Shown here one piece after another: positions 45,520 through 52,556 of a stretch of 52,556 nucleotides of DNA. A program made the position numbers and the translations under genes. The notes below the pieces were generated by a model, which was not told where the DNA came from, did no database searches, and worked only from the letters and a program-made list of their open reading frames with translations. Position 1 is the first letter of the stretch. Each line of letters begins with the position of its first letter. The DNA is from Candidatus Saccharimonadota bacterium (lineage in GTDB: Bacteria; Patescibacteriota; Saccharimonadia; Saccharimonadales; SZUA-47), in the NCBI GenBank assembly GCA_020428015.1, contig JAGQNQ010000002.1, positions 1 through 52,556 on the forward strand, read 5' to 3'.

Positions 45520-46740
45520 TTGGGTGACAACAAAAACTTGACTGTTTACAAACTCTAGGTCGTTTTCAAACTGTTTAGCATCTTCATTATGTAGACATAT
45601 TACACAGGCAGCTTTATAACCATCAGCAGATTTTCCTGCTATATCACCAGGCTTGTACTTTATCGAAATATAGTTCAAAGACGGCAAACTTCGTAGCGAT
45701 TCCTCATTTTCTACATGAGAAAAAACTCCCGTCTTTTTTGGAAAGAGCTCCAAGACTGCGCAGGGCTCGTCTTTTTTCGCAGCAATATCAAGGGTACTGT
45801 CTGTTATTGCAAGGAACAAGTTATCATAGATGTCTATTCCCTGTGCCAATTTATGCATTCTTTCTCGATAGCCACCATTTCTTGCGCCGATTTCTACAAC
45901 TCGTGGTCCATCTTCGGTTACGATTATCTCTACGTGTGCCGCGCAGTTTTTCATCCCAAGTGACTTAATAGCAATCTCTGCTGTTTCGATAAAATCCTTT
46001 TGCGTATCGCTAGAAAGTTTTGACGGGAGTATTCTGCTGTAGTGAAAATTATCATCGTAACCTATATCATAGCCTGTTTGGTAGTCGACAATATGCGGAA
46101 GTACAGTCGGGTTGCCCTTGCCGTCAACGAATGCGTCCACAGAATGGATTGATCCTTCCAAGAACTCTTCAACCAATACAATTCTTTCGTTATGGGGTGC
46201 ATATTTCTGATAGACTGGCTCGATTTTTTCGAGCATCTTTTTGTATGTTCTCAAAAGCTCCTCAACAGTATTATTTCTTGTAACTAATAAGCTTTTGGCT
46301 AAGTTTGCTGGTTTTAGTATGAGAGGAAACGAATGCGTATTTGCAAATGCTTTGAGATCAGATTCTGATTCCACAACTTGAAATTGCGGGCTAATCTTTC
46401 TCGGTGCGTTTGCAAAAAGTGTTCTCATAATGGACTTGTTGGTGCAGGCCCTAGCGGCATCGACAGGAAGTCCATTTATCGAAAGTTTTTCAGCTATTTC
46501 TGCAGTTATCAAAATGTATTGTTCGTATAGTGTGACCGTCGCATCGAAAGGGTTTTTTTCGTGTTCGTGAGCAACAGCGTCAAAAACCAACTCCTTTTTT
46601 GAAAAATCTACATGCTTGGTATTGGTATCAGTATCTGCGTGATTTTGAGTAGAGTCCTTGAAAAGTACAAAATCTACATTTTTTTCAGCCATGTACTTCC
46701 TAAGTCCACTGAAGTTTTTACCGATAATCGCTATTCTCAT
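45514..46740 (-). CDS. ATP-grasp domain ligase (L-amino-acid-ligase-like)
   Basis: FPLILKPANLAKS...VLVEEFLEGSIHSVDAFV...AHVEIIVTEDGPRVVEIGARNGG. Confidence 0.75.
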   Translation of the reverse strand: MRIAIIGKNFSGLRKYMAEKNVDFVLFKDSTQNHADTDTNTKHVDFSKKELVFDAVAHEHEKNPFDATVTLYEQYILITAEIAEKLSINGLPVDAARACTNKSIMRTLFANAPRKISPQFQVVESESDLKAFANTHSFPLILKPANLAKSLLVTRNNTVEELLRTYKKMLEKIEPVYQKYAPHNERIVLVEEFLEGSIHSVDAFVDGKGNPTVLPHIVDYQTGYDIGYDDNFHYSRILPSKLSSDTQKDFIETAEIAIKSLGMKNCAAHVEIIVTEDGPRVVEIGARNGGYRERMHKLAQGIDIYDNLFLAITDSTLDIAAKKDEPCAVLELFPKKTGVFSHVENEESLRSLPSLNYISIKYKPGDIAGKSADGYKAACVICLHNEDAKQFENDLEFVNSQVFVVTQS

Positions 46741-46817
46741 GGTGGACTAGTATAATGGAATAGGCTGTGAAGACAGATATTGTAAAAAAATTATAATTGT
46801 GATATAATAAACTGAAT

Positions 46818-47300
46818 ATGGCGAAGTATAAATCAATTATCGGTCGTTTCGAACCAACTACTTTTCCCCAGCATCTTTTAAGCGATGTTCCAGCAAAGAT
46901 TGATACAGGTGCTAGCATTTCTTCCATACATGCTGTGGATGTTCGCGAAGAGAAGAGGAATAATAAGACAGTACTAAGATTCACTTTGCTTGGTTCACAT
47001 GCATCCTATGACTATTGTCGGGATATTGAGATTGAAAAGTATTCAAAAAAAACAATAGAAAATTCGTTTGGACATTCTGAAAAAAGGTACATGGTTACAC
47101 TGAAAGTCAAAGTTGCGAACAAGGTGTTTAACGCAAAGTTTACCCTGGCGGATCGTTCGAAAAAAGCATTTCCTATATTATTAGGCCGGGAGATGTTAAG
47201 CAGGCGCTTTATCGTCGATACATCAATTAATAATGTTAATCGCAAGTATCTTGAGGCTCGAATGCCCCGCGTGTTAAAAGAAGATTTAGACGAAGATTAG
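46818..47300 (+). CDS. retropepsin-like aspartic protease (COG4067/DUF785, RimB-like)
   Basis: KIDTGASISSIHA (D-T-G-A motif) and ILLGREML. It lies immediately upstream of rimK. Confidence 0.7.
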   Translation: MAKYKSIIGRFEPTTFPQHLLSDVPAKIDTGASISSIHAVDVREEKRNNKTVLRFTLLGSHASYDYCRDIEIEKYSKKTIENSFGHSEKRYMVTLKVKVANKVFNAKFTLADRSKKAFPILLGREMLSRRFIVDTSINNVNRKYLEARMPRVLKEDLDED

Positions 47301-47309
47301 GAGCTTTTC

Positions 47310-48221
47310 ATGAAGATCGCGATTTTATCAAATGGACCAGGGAACTACTCTACGAAACGCCTTAAAGAGGAGTTTAAACTTCGCGGGCATGAAGTAGACA
47401 TTATTAAGTATAAAGACTGTTTTGCGTCCATCGAGTCCAGTAACCCAGAGGTACGGTATCATGGGGAAGTCCTGAGTGGATACGATGTTATTATTCCAAG
47501 AATTGCCAGCAGTATGACGAGGTATGGTACGGCGATTGTTCGTCAATTTGAAATGCAAGGTGTGTTCACAACGGCGAGCTCGATTGCAATAACTCGCTCA
47601 AGAGATAAATTGCGCAGCCTCCAGCTTTTAGCTCGTGCGGGAGTCGGTATTCCGAAAACTGTTTTTACGCGTGACGGGCGAGAGATTGATGATCTTATTG
47701 ATGAGCTCGGAGAACTACCGGTTATTATCAAATTAGCCCGTGGAACTCACGGTAACGGTGTCGTTTTGGCAGAGACTAAAAAGGCTGCTAAGAGTGTAAT
47801 GCAAGCTTTTCATGTTATGGATGATGATGGGACGAACATCCTGATGCAAGAGTTTATCAAAGAATCAGCAGGTGAAGATATTCGTGTATTTATTGTAAAT
47901 GGTAAAGTTGTCGCGAGTATGAAGCGTAAAGGACTTGATGATGATTTCCGTTCTAACTTACACCAGGGCGGAGAGGGAACAGTCGTTAGGCTAACCGACG
48001 AAGAGCGAAAGGCAGCTCAAAAAGCAGCTAAGTCGATGGGCCTGCCAATTTGTGGCGTAGACATAATGCGATCTGCAAGGGGCCCCTTAGTTCTGGAAGT
48101 TAACTCAAGCCCAGGGTTTGGCATAGAAAAAGTGACAGGGCGGAACGTGGCGGCTAAAATAGTAGAGTATGTCGAACAGACCGCCAAAAAAACTCGAAGA
48201 CGTGACCGCGTCGGCGCCTAG
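47310..48221 (+). CDS. rimK: RimK-family alpha-L-glutamate ligase
   Basis: MKIAILS...PVIIKLARGTHGNGVVLAE...DIRVFIVNGKVVASMKR...GVDIMRSARGPLVLEVNSSPG. Confidence 0.9.
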   Translation: MKIAILSNGPGNYSTKRLKEEFKLRGHEVDIIKYKDCFASIESSNPEVRYHGEVLSGYDVIIPRIASSMTRYGTAIVRQFEMQGVFTTASSIAITRSRDKLRSLQLLARAGVGIPKTVFTRDGREIDDLIDELGELPVIIKLARGTHGNGVVLAETKKAAKSVMQAFHVMDDDGTNILMQEFIKESAGEDIRVFIVNGKVVASMKRKGLDDDFRSNLHQGGEGTVVRLTDEERKAAQKAAKSMGLPICGVDIMRSARGPLVLEVNSSPGFGIEKVTGRNVAAKIVEYVEQTAKKTRRRDRVGA

Positions 48222-48663
48222 CCGGTTTTTACTGTTTAGTACTTTTCTGGGTCTTTTAACAATTTTTTCGTATGTATCGCTGCAGTCTAGATCATCGGGC
48301 CTGTTTGTTCAAACACCAAGGCAAACACTTAGAGTCGAGGTAGCAGATACCCCAGAAGAGCGAAGAGTTGGCCTTTCTGGTCGACAGTTACTTGCTGAAA
48401 ACAAAGGTATGTTATTTGTTTTTGAGGAAGGTGGTGCGACGTGTTTCTGGATGAAGGATACGTATATTTCACTTGATATGATCTGGATGGACGAAAATAA
48501 ACAAGTAGTATACATCTACGAACACGCAACCCCAGAATCCGAAAAGCCCATTTGTCCAAATCAACGAGCTACGTTTGTCCTTGAGGTGAACGGAGGCTCT
48601 GCACGGCAGTACGGGATTGAAAAAGGCACATCACTGAAGTACAAAAAGAGTCCTCTAGAGTAG
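48169..48663 (+). CDS. DUF192-domain protein with an N-terminal membrane anchor
   Basis: VEVADTPEERRVGLSGR...GMLFVF...MKDTYISLDMIWMD...VLEVNGG. The start is uncertain (ATG at 48169 or GTG at 48202), and either overlaps the end of rimK. Confidence 0.7.
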   Translation: MSNRPPKKLEDVTASAPSRFLLFSTFLGLLTIFSYVSLQSRSSGLFVQTPRQTLRVEVADTPEERRVGLSGRQLLAENKGMLFVFEEGGATCFWMKDTYISLDMIWMDENKQVVYIYEHATPESEKPICPNQRATFVLEVNGGSARQYGIEKGTSLKYKKSPLE

Positions 48664-48675
48664 CATACAAATTGC

Positions 48676-49173
48676 TTGTGCTACACTGAAGTTATGACTG
48701 CGCTTATCATGTCCGGAATTGTACTGCTTGGACTACCTCTTTTACTACTTTTTTGGTTTAAAACAAATGCTGGAGTCATGTTTCTTGCAGCATGTGCCGG
48801 TCTTGTCCTACTGAGTAGCCTAGACCCTGTCGTTGTTTCAGCAGCAGGTGCATTTGTACCACATGAAGGTGAGGCGTACGTACGTCTTATTGTTGTTCTA
48901 TTATCTATTATTTTTGCGGCAATGATGTTTAAGCATTCGGTAAAAAGTGGCTATCTATACCTTCATGTTCTGCTTGCTTTACTGACAGCGGTGATGTTAT
49001 GGCTGTTGCTCCCGAGCGTAACTGGAGTAAGCTGGCTTTTGGACAATTCTAAAGAAGCAATATGGCAAAACGTGAACGAGTATCGAACGCTCATTGTTGC
49101 TGCGGGCTTTTCACTAAGTCTTTTAGCAGTACTCACAAAAGCAAGTCATCATTCAGGTAAAGCAAAACATTGA
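48676..49173 (+). CDS. hypothetical membrane protein (about 5 TM helices)
   Basis: Hydrophobic 165-aa ORF. The start may be the ATG at 48694. Confidence 0.4.
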   Translation: MCYTEVMTALIMSGIVLLGLPLLLLFWFKTNAGVMFLAACAGLVLLSSLDPVVVSAAGAFVPHEGEAYVRLIVVLLSIIFAAMMFKHSVKSGYLYLHVLLALLTAVMLWLLLPSVTGVSWLLDNSKEAIWQNVNEYRTLIVAAGFSLSLLAVLTKASHHSGKAKH

Positions 49174-49198
49174 CTTTTTATCTGTTAACAGGTAGAAT
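49170..49198 (+). promoter_or_regulatory. sigma70-type promoter of tRNA-Lys
   Basis: TTGACT (49170-49175), a 17-nt spacer, then TAGAAT (49193-49198). Confidence 0.55.
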
Positions 49199-49221
49199 AT
49201 ACCTCTGTTAACCTAAAAAAC

Positions 49222-49298
49222 GGGACCATAGCTCAGCTGGTTAGAGCACCTGCCTTTTAAGCAGGGTGTCCTGGGTTCAAGTCCCAGTGGTCCCTCCA
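49222..49298 (+). tRNA. tRNA-Lys (UUU)
   Basis: GGGACCATAGCTCAGCTGGTTAGAGCACCTGCCTTTTAAGCAGGGTGTCCTGGGTTCAAGTCCCAGTGGTCCCTCCA. It folds into a clean cloverleaf with an encoded CCA. Confidence 0.95.
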
Positions 49299-49299
49299 A

Positions 49300-49482
49300 A
49301 GAATGGCCACCCTTCAGGGGTGGTTTTTCTTTGGATTGTCTCCTGAAACTTACCTAAAAGGGCACCTTGAGTGTCCTGCTGGCGAAGAAGTTCTGCGAAC
49401 TTCTGAGTTTTCCTTGCTTGGCCGAGCATATGCTTTAGCTTTTTGCGAGCAGAAAAGGCGCAAGTCCCAGTGGTCCCTCCAA
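49300..49482 (+). repeat. 183-nt non-coding unit ending in a 22-nt perfect copy of the tRNA-Lys 3' end
   Basis: Positions 49461-49482 equal 49278-49299. It contains a terminator (49305-49329) and the GGCGAA-hairpin-TGAG-nnn-TCCTTGCTTGGCCGAGC module (49381-49428) shared with the fMet array. Confidence 0.7.
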
Positions 49483-49485
49483 TAA

Positions 49486-49516
49486 AAAGTCCAACTCGGA
49501 AGTTGGATTTTTTTTA
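49486..49516. terminator. bidirectional rho-independent terminator (for the tRNA-Lys unit and nhaA)
   Basis: TCCAACT-CGGA-AGTTGGA (49490-49507) is flanked by an A-run and a T-run. Confidence 0.7.
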
Positions 49517-50710
49517 TTTTACAGTCCTGCTTTTGACTGTCCGCAAAATAAACACGCCTATAATAGACGACAAAATAGATGCAGTGAACACCCCAGCGAT
49601 GGCTGCATCACGCAATGCATGGTTTTCAAAGGACAAATCTGCAATTAGCAGAGACACCGTAAACCCGATTCCGGCTAGAAAGCCAACGCCTAATAGCTGC
49701 GTCCAGGTAAAGCCAGCTGGTTTCCTGGAAAGACCCAGTAAGTTAGATACAAAGCTTGCTGCAAAAATACCGACTGGTTTTCCAATGAGTAATCCTCCGG
49801 TTACTCCAGCAAATACGTTCAGGCTGCTGCCGCTTTCAAGTGAAAGATCGGACAGACGTAGACCTGCATTCGCAAAAACAAAAAGAGGGACAATGATATA
49901 CGCGGTTAATGGCAGAAGTATATCTTCAACTTTTTCTGAAGACTGTAGATGAGTCGCGTTTTTCCGCGATGTAACCAGCGGAGCGAGCACGGCTAGAATA
50001 ACCCCCGTCATTGTTCCCGATATACCCGCGAGGGTAAAACAATACCAAAGGATAAAACCAAGCACTCCAAAAATAACTAACCAGTTGCGTTGCCTTCTGA
50101 ACAGAACGAGAAACATAATAACCGTGAACGCGGCGATAAGAGCGAAGGCGTTTTCTGGGTGGTTAAAGAATAGTCCAATAATAATGATGGAGCCAATATC
50201 GTCGATAATTGCGAGCGCTAAAAGAAAAATTCGAAGGCTTCGGGGAATCCGCTTACCGATCAGCCCAAGCACGCCAATAGCGATAGCGATGTCGGTTGCA
50301 ATAGGTACCGCCCAGCCATTACTTTCAGGCGCATATTGATTTATGCTGGTATAGATGAGCGCAGGCAGCAGCATGCCGCCGACTGCGGCTGTTACCGGAA
50401 AAGAAGCTTTACGCCAACTTCGAAGCTCTCCGTCGATAAGTTCACGCTTGACCTCGAGCGTGACGACGAGAAAGAAAAGCGACATCAGCCCCTCACTAAT
50501 CCAATGTTTTACGTCAAGAGATACACCTCCTAGACTTATTTTGTTATGGATGAATGATTGATATAAATCGTTGAAGTTTGTGTTACTTAAAACAAATGCA
50601 GTAGTCGCTGCAATTAGGAGTAGCGAGCCACTCCGTCGTTCTTCGTGAAGAAGAAAGCTCAGAATGTTACGAGGAAGCGTAATTGCTGAATGCCGCTTAT
50701 GCTTTGTCAT
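49514..50710 (-). CDS. nhaA: Na+/H+ antiporter NhaA
   Basis: 398 aa with about 12 TM helices. LAIIDDIGSIIII matches the NhaA DD motif region. Confidence 0.9.
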   Translation of the reverse strand: MTKHKRHSAITLPRNILSFLLHEERRSGSLLLIAATTAFVLSNTNFNDLYQSFIHNKISLGGVSLDVKHWISEGLMSLFFLVVTLEVKRELIDGELRSWRKASFPVTAAVGGMLLPALIYTSINQYAPESNGWAVPIATDIAIAIGVLGLIGKRIPRSLRIFLLALAIIDDIGSIIIIGLFFNHPENAFALIAAFTVIMFLVLFRRQRNWLVIFGVLGFILWYCFTLAGISGTMTGVILAVLAPLVTSRKNATHLQSSEKVEDILLPLTAYIIVPLFVFANAGLRLSDLSLESGSSLNVFAGVTGGLLIGKPVGIFAASFVSNLLGLSRKPAGFTWTQLLGVGFLAGIGFTVSLLIADLSFENHALRDAAIAGVFTASILSSIIGVFILRTVKSRTVK

Positions 50711-50789
50711 TACACTCTATGGTAACAGAGGTTACGACTTTATAAAAACGTCTGTCGTTGGTAAAATATGATTAAAAGAGAGGCGAAAA

Positions 50790-51491
50790 ATGGCTGGACA
50801 TAACAAATGGAGCAAGATTAAACGAGGCAAAGCAGTTGCTGATGCGCAGCGCGGAGCAGTATTCACAAAGATCGGTAACCAGATAGCGCTCGCTGCTCGT
50901 GGTGGCGCAAACCCAGATATGAATCCTGCGCTGGCACTTGCAATAGAAAAAGCCAAAGCTGCCAATATGCCAAACACGAACATTGAGCGGGCAATTGCGC
51001 GTGTGACAGACAAAGACGCAGCGCAGCTCCAGGAAGTGACCTATGAAGGCTACGGACCAGGTGGAGTAGCGATTATCGTTGAATGTGCGACCGACAACAC
51101 CAATCGTACGTATCCAGAGGTGCGTACTGTATTCACGAAGCGCGGCGGGAGCATAGGAGAAAAAGGTTCAGTTGCGTTCCAATTTGATCGTAAAGGCGTA
51201 ATTACGGTCGGTGCTAGTGGTGAAGAAGCGCTGCTTACTGTGTTAGACGCTGGCGCTGAGGATGCGGTCGAAGAAGACGGCGAGCTGATTGTGTATACAG
51301 ATCCGAAAGAACTGGGCAAGGTCAGAGATGCAATTAAGGCGGCAGGGCTCACAATAACTGACGCAGAGCTAAGCTATGAGCCAAACACGACTGTTGAGCT
51401 TGACGATGAAAAGCAGGAAAAGCTTATGGGCATGATGGAAGCGTTTGAAGAGCTGGACGATGTTGTGAACACATATACGAACGCCGCATGA
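50790..51491 (+). CDS. YebC/PmpR-family DNA-binding regulator
   Basis: MAGHNKWSKIKRGKA...YEGYGPGGVAIIVE. Confidence 0.95.
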   Translation: MAGHNKWSKIKRGKAVADAQRGAVFTKIGNQIALAARGGANPDMNPALALAIEKAKAANMPNTNIERAIARVTDKDAAQLQEVTYEGYGPGGVAIIVECATDNTNRTYPEVRTVFTKRGGSIGEKGSVAFQFDRKGVITVGASGEEALLTVLDAGAEDAVEEDGELIVYTDPKELGKVRDAIKAAGLTITDAELSYEPNTTVELDDEKQEKLMGMMEAFEELDDVVNTYTNAA

Positions 51492-52009
51492 ATAAGGAAA
51501 CAGAAATAGAGCTAACATTTTTAGCTGCTGAGTTGCCTAAAGAAATTAAAGCAAGTGCCCCGTTATGTATTGTGGACACGTACATTCCTGAAAAACACGA
51601 TTTTTCACCCCTGAGGATAAGGAAGCGAGGTAACGTTCATGAACTCACCCGAAAAATGCCAATCAAAAAGGATGATTATTCGGCTCATGAAGAGATTACA
51701 ATTCCTCTCGAAGAGGATGTGTATATTGATATGTTGCGATTGAGTAAAAAATCAGTCACAAAGGATCGTTATGTAGTAAAAATCGATGACTATTATGCGC
51801 ATGTTGATGTTTTTAAAGAAAGGTTGCAAGGACTTGTTCTTATAGAGTTTGAATTCAAGAGCAAGGAAGAAATTGACGGATTTGAAGTGCCGAACAGTTG
51901 TCTAGTTGATGTAACGCAAGATCGTACAATATTAGGTGGACAAATAGCAGGAAAAAGGTATGAAGATATTGAACCTTGGTTAAAATCCAAAGGCTATAAA
52001 AAGTTATGA
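51488..52009 (+). CDS. CYTH-domain protein (triphosphate tunnel metalloenzyme-like)
   Basis: N-terminal EIELTF (ExExK-like), LRIRKRG and LVLIEFEF strands. It is inserted between yebC and ruvC. Confidence 0.7.
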   Translation: MNKETEIELTFLAAELPKEIKASAPLCIVDTYIPEKHDFSPLRIRKRGNVHELTRKMPIKKDDYSAHEEITIPLEEDVYIDMLRLSKKSVTKDRYVVKIDDYYAHVDVFKERLQGLVLIEFEFKSKEEIDGFEVPNSCLVDVTQDRTILGGQIAGKRYEDIEPWLKSKGYKKL

Positions 52010-52479
52010 AAATTCTAGGAATTGATCCAGGGTCAGGAATTATTGGATTTGGATTAGTTGAGAAGTCGAGCAAGCCTAAAATGCTTGATGCGGGCGTGAT
52101 AAGAACAACTATAGGTGACGATCCGGCAAGCCGATTGGTTGAGCTCTATGAGTCAATGAAAGAACTACTAGCTGAATTTGAGCCGGATGAAGCTGCGGTA
52201 GAAAAGTTATTCTTCGCACAAAACGTCACGACTGCGATGACGGTGTCACAGGCACGTGGCGTCATATTACTGGCGCTTGCTGAGGCCGATATTCCAATAG
52301 CGGAATACACACCGCTGCAAATTAAAATGGCGATGACCGGCTACGGGCGGGCTGCCAAAGCACAAATACAGGAAATGGTACGAGTACAGCTGAATTTGAA
52401 GAAAAAACCAAGCCCAGATGATGCGGCCGATGCACTTGCTGTCGCCCTCACCCATATCGCTACCCTTCGTGTACAATAG
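52006..52479 (+). CDS. ruvC: crossover junction endodeoxyribonuclease RuvC
   Basis: MKILGIDPGSGIIGFG...EKLFFAQNVTTAM...DAADALAVALTH. Confidence 0.95.
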   Translation: MKILGIDPGSGIIGFGLVEKSSKPKMLDAGVIRTTIGDDPASRLVELYESMKELLAEFEPDEAAVEKLFFAQNVTTAMTVSQARGVILLALAEADIPIAEYTPLQIKMAMTGYGRAAKAQIQEMVRVQLNLKKKPSPDDAADALAVALTHIATLRVQ

Positions 52480-52483
52480 AACT

Positions 52484-52556
52484 ATGAAATTGGGTAAAAA
52501 TCAAAAAGTTTTTTTATCATATGCTTGGACTGGCGAGGACCAAAGTGTAGTGGTGA
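52484..52556 (+). CDS. 5' end of an ORF with a TIR-like first strand (24 codons visible)
   Basis: MKLGKNQKVFLSYAWTGEDQSVVV. The KVF(I/L)SY(A/S)W..ED pattern resembles the first beta-strand and loop of bacterial TIR-type domains. Too little sequence is visible to be sure. Confidence 0.3.
   Translation, partial: MKLGKNQKVFLSYAWTGEDQSVVV

Noticed and set aside
49303-49952. Plus-strand ORFs of 60 aa (49303-49485) and 169 aa (49443-49952).
   Set aside because: The first reads through a terminator hairpin and the tRNA-Lys 3' copy. The second lies antisense to nhaA.

Overview
This 52.6-kb chromosomal window is densely packed with genes. It looks like a small-genome, Gram-positive-type bacterium. 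Gene content (tilS-ftsH, murJ, lepA, an hrcA-grpE-dnaK-dnaJ regulon with CIRCE-like operators, several NUDIX, VKOR and small membrane proteins) suggests a Patescibacteria/CPR, Saccharibacteria-like genome, but that placement is inference only. I call about 65 protein genes, mostly housekeeping, stress, transport and redox functions, and 4 tRNAs: three with a CAU anticodon (initiator, probable elongator Met, probable Ile2) plus Lys-UUU. No rRNA, CRISPR array, transposase or integrase is visible.

The most unusual signal is non-coding. Three of the four tRNA genes (fMet, Met-CAU, Lys) are followed by short non-coding units of about 140-190 nt. Each unit ends in a perfect copy of that tRNA's T-loop-to-CCA segment and has its own rho-independent terminator. 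The units share sequence modules across loci, and they contain hairpins whose stems differ in sequence but stay fully complementary. At tRNA-fMet they form a ~1.2-kb tandem array that also holds a 109-aa ORF with its own promoter. This fits either a family of miniature integrase-less tRNA-targeting integrative elements (att-site arrays) or an undescribed structured RNA family.

Other items worth a second look:
- a ~570-nt A-rich, hairpin-rich, ORF-free transcription unit with a perfect consensus promoter, divergent from an RRM RNA-binding protein gene
- a cluster pairing a DUF1704/MATCAP-like HExxxH metallopeptidase with two ATP-grasp ligases (one is RimK), a retropepsin-like protease and DUF192
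- a CIRCE-variant regulon that includes hsp20, with an 81-aa ORF translationally coupled between a short hrcA and grpE
- tandem guanylate-kinase-like paralogs
- a low-GC two-gene islet downstream of dnaK
- a possible TIR-like gene starting at the right edge of the window
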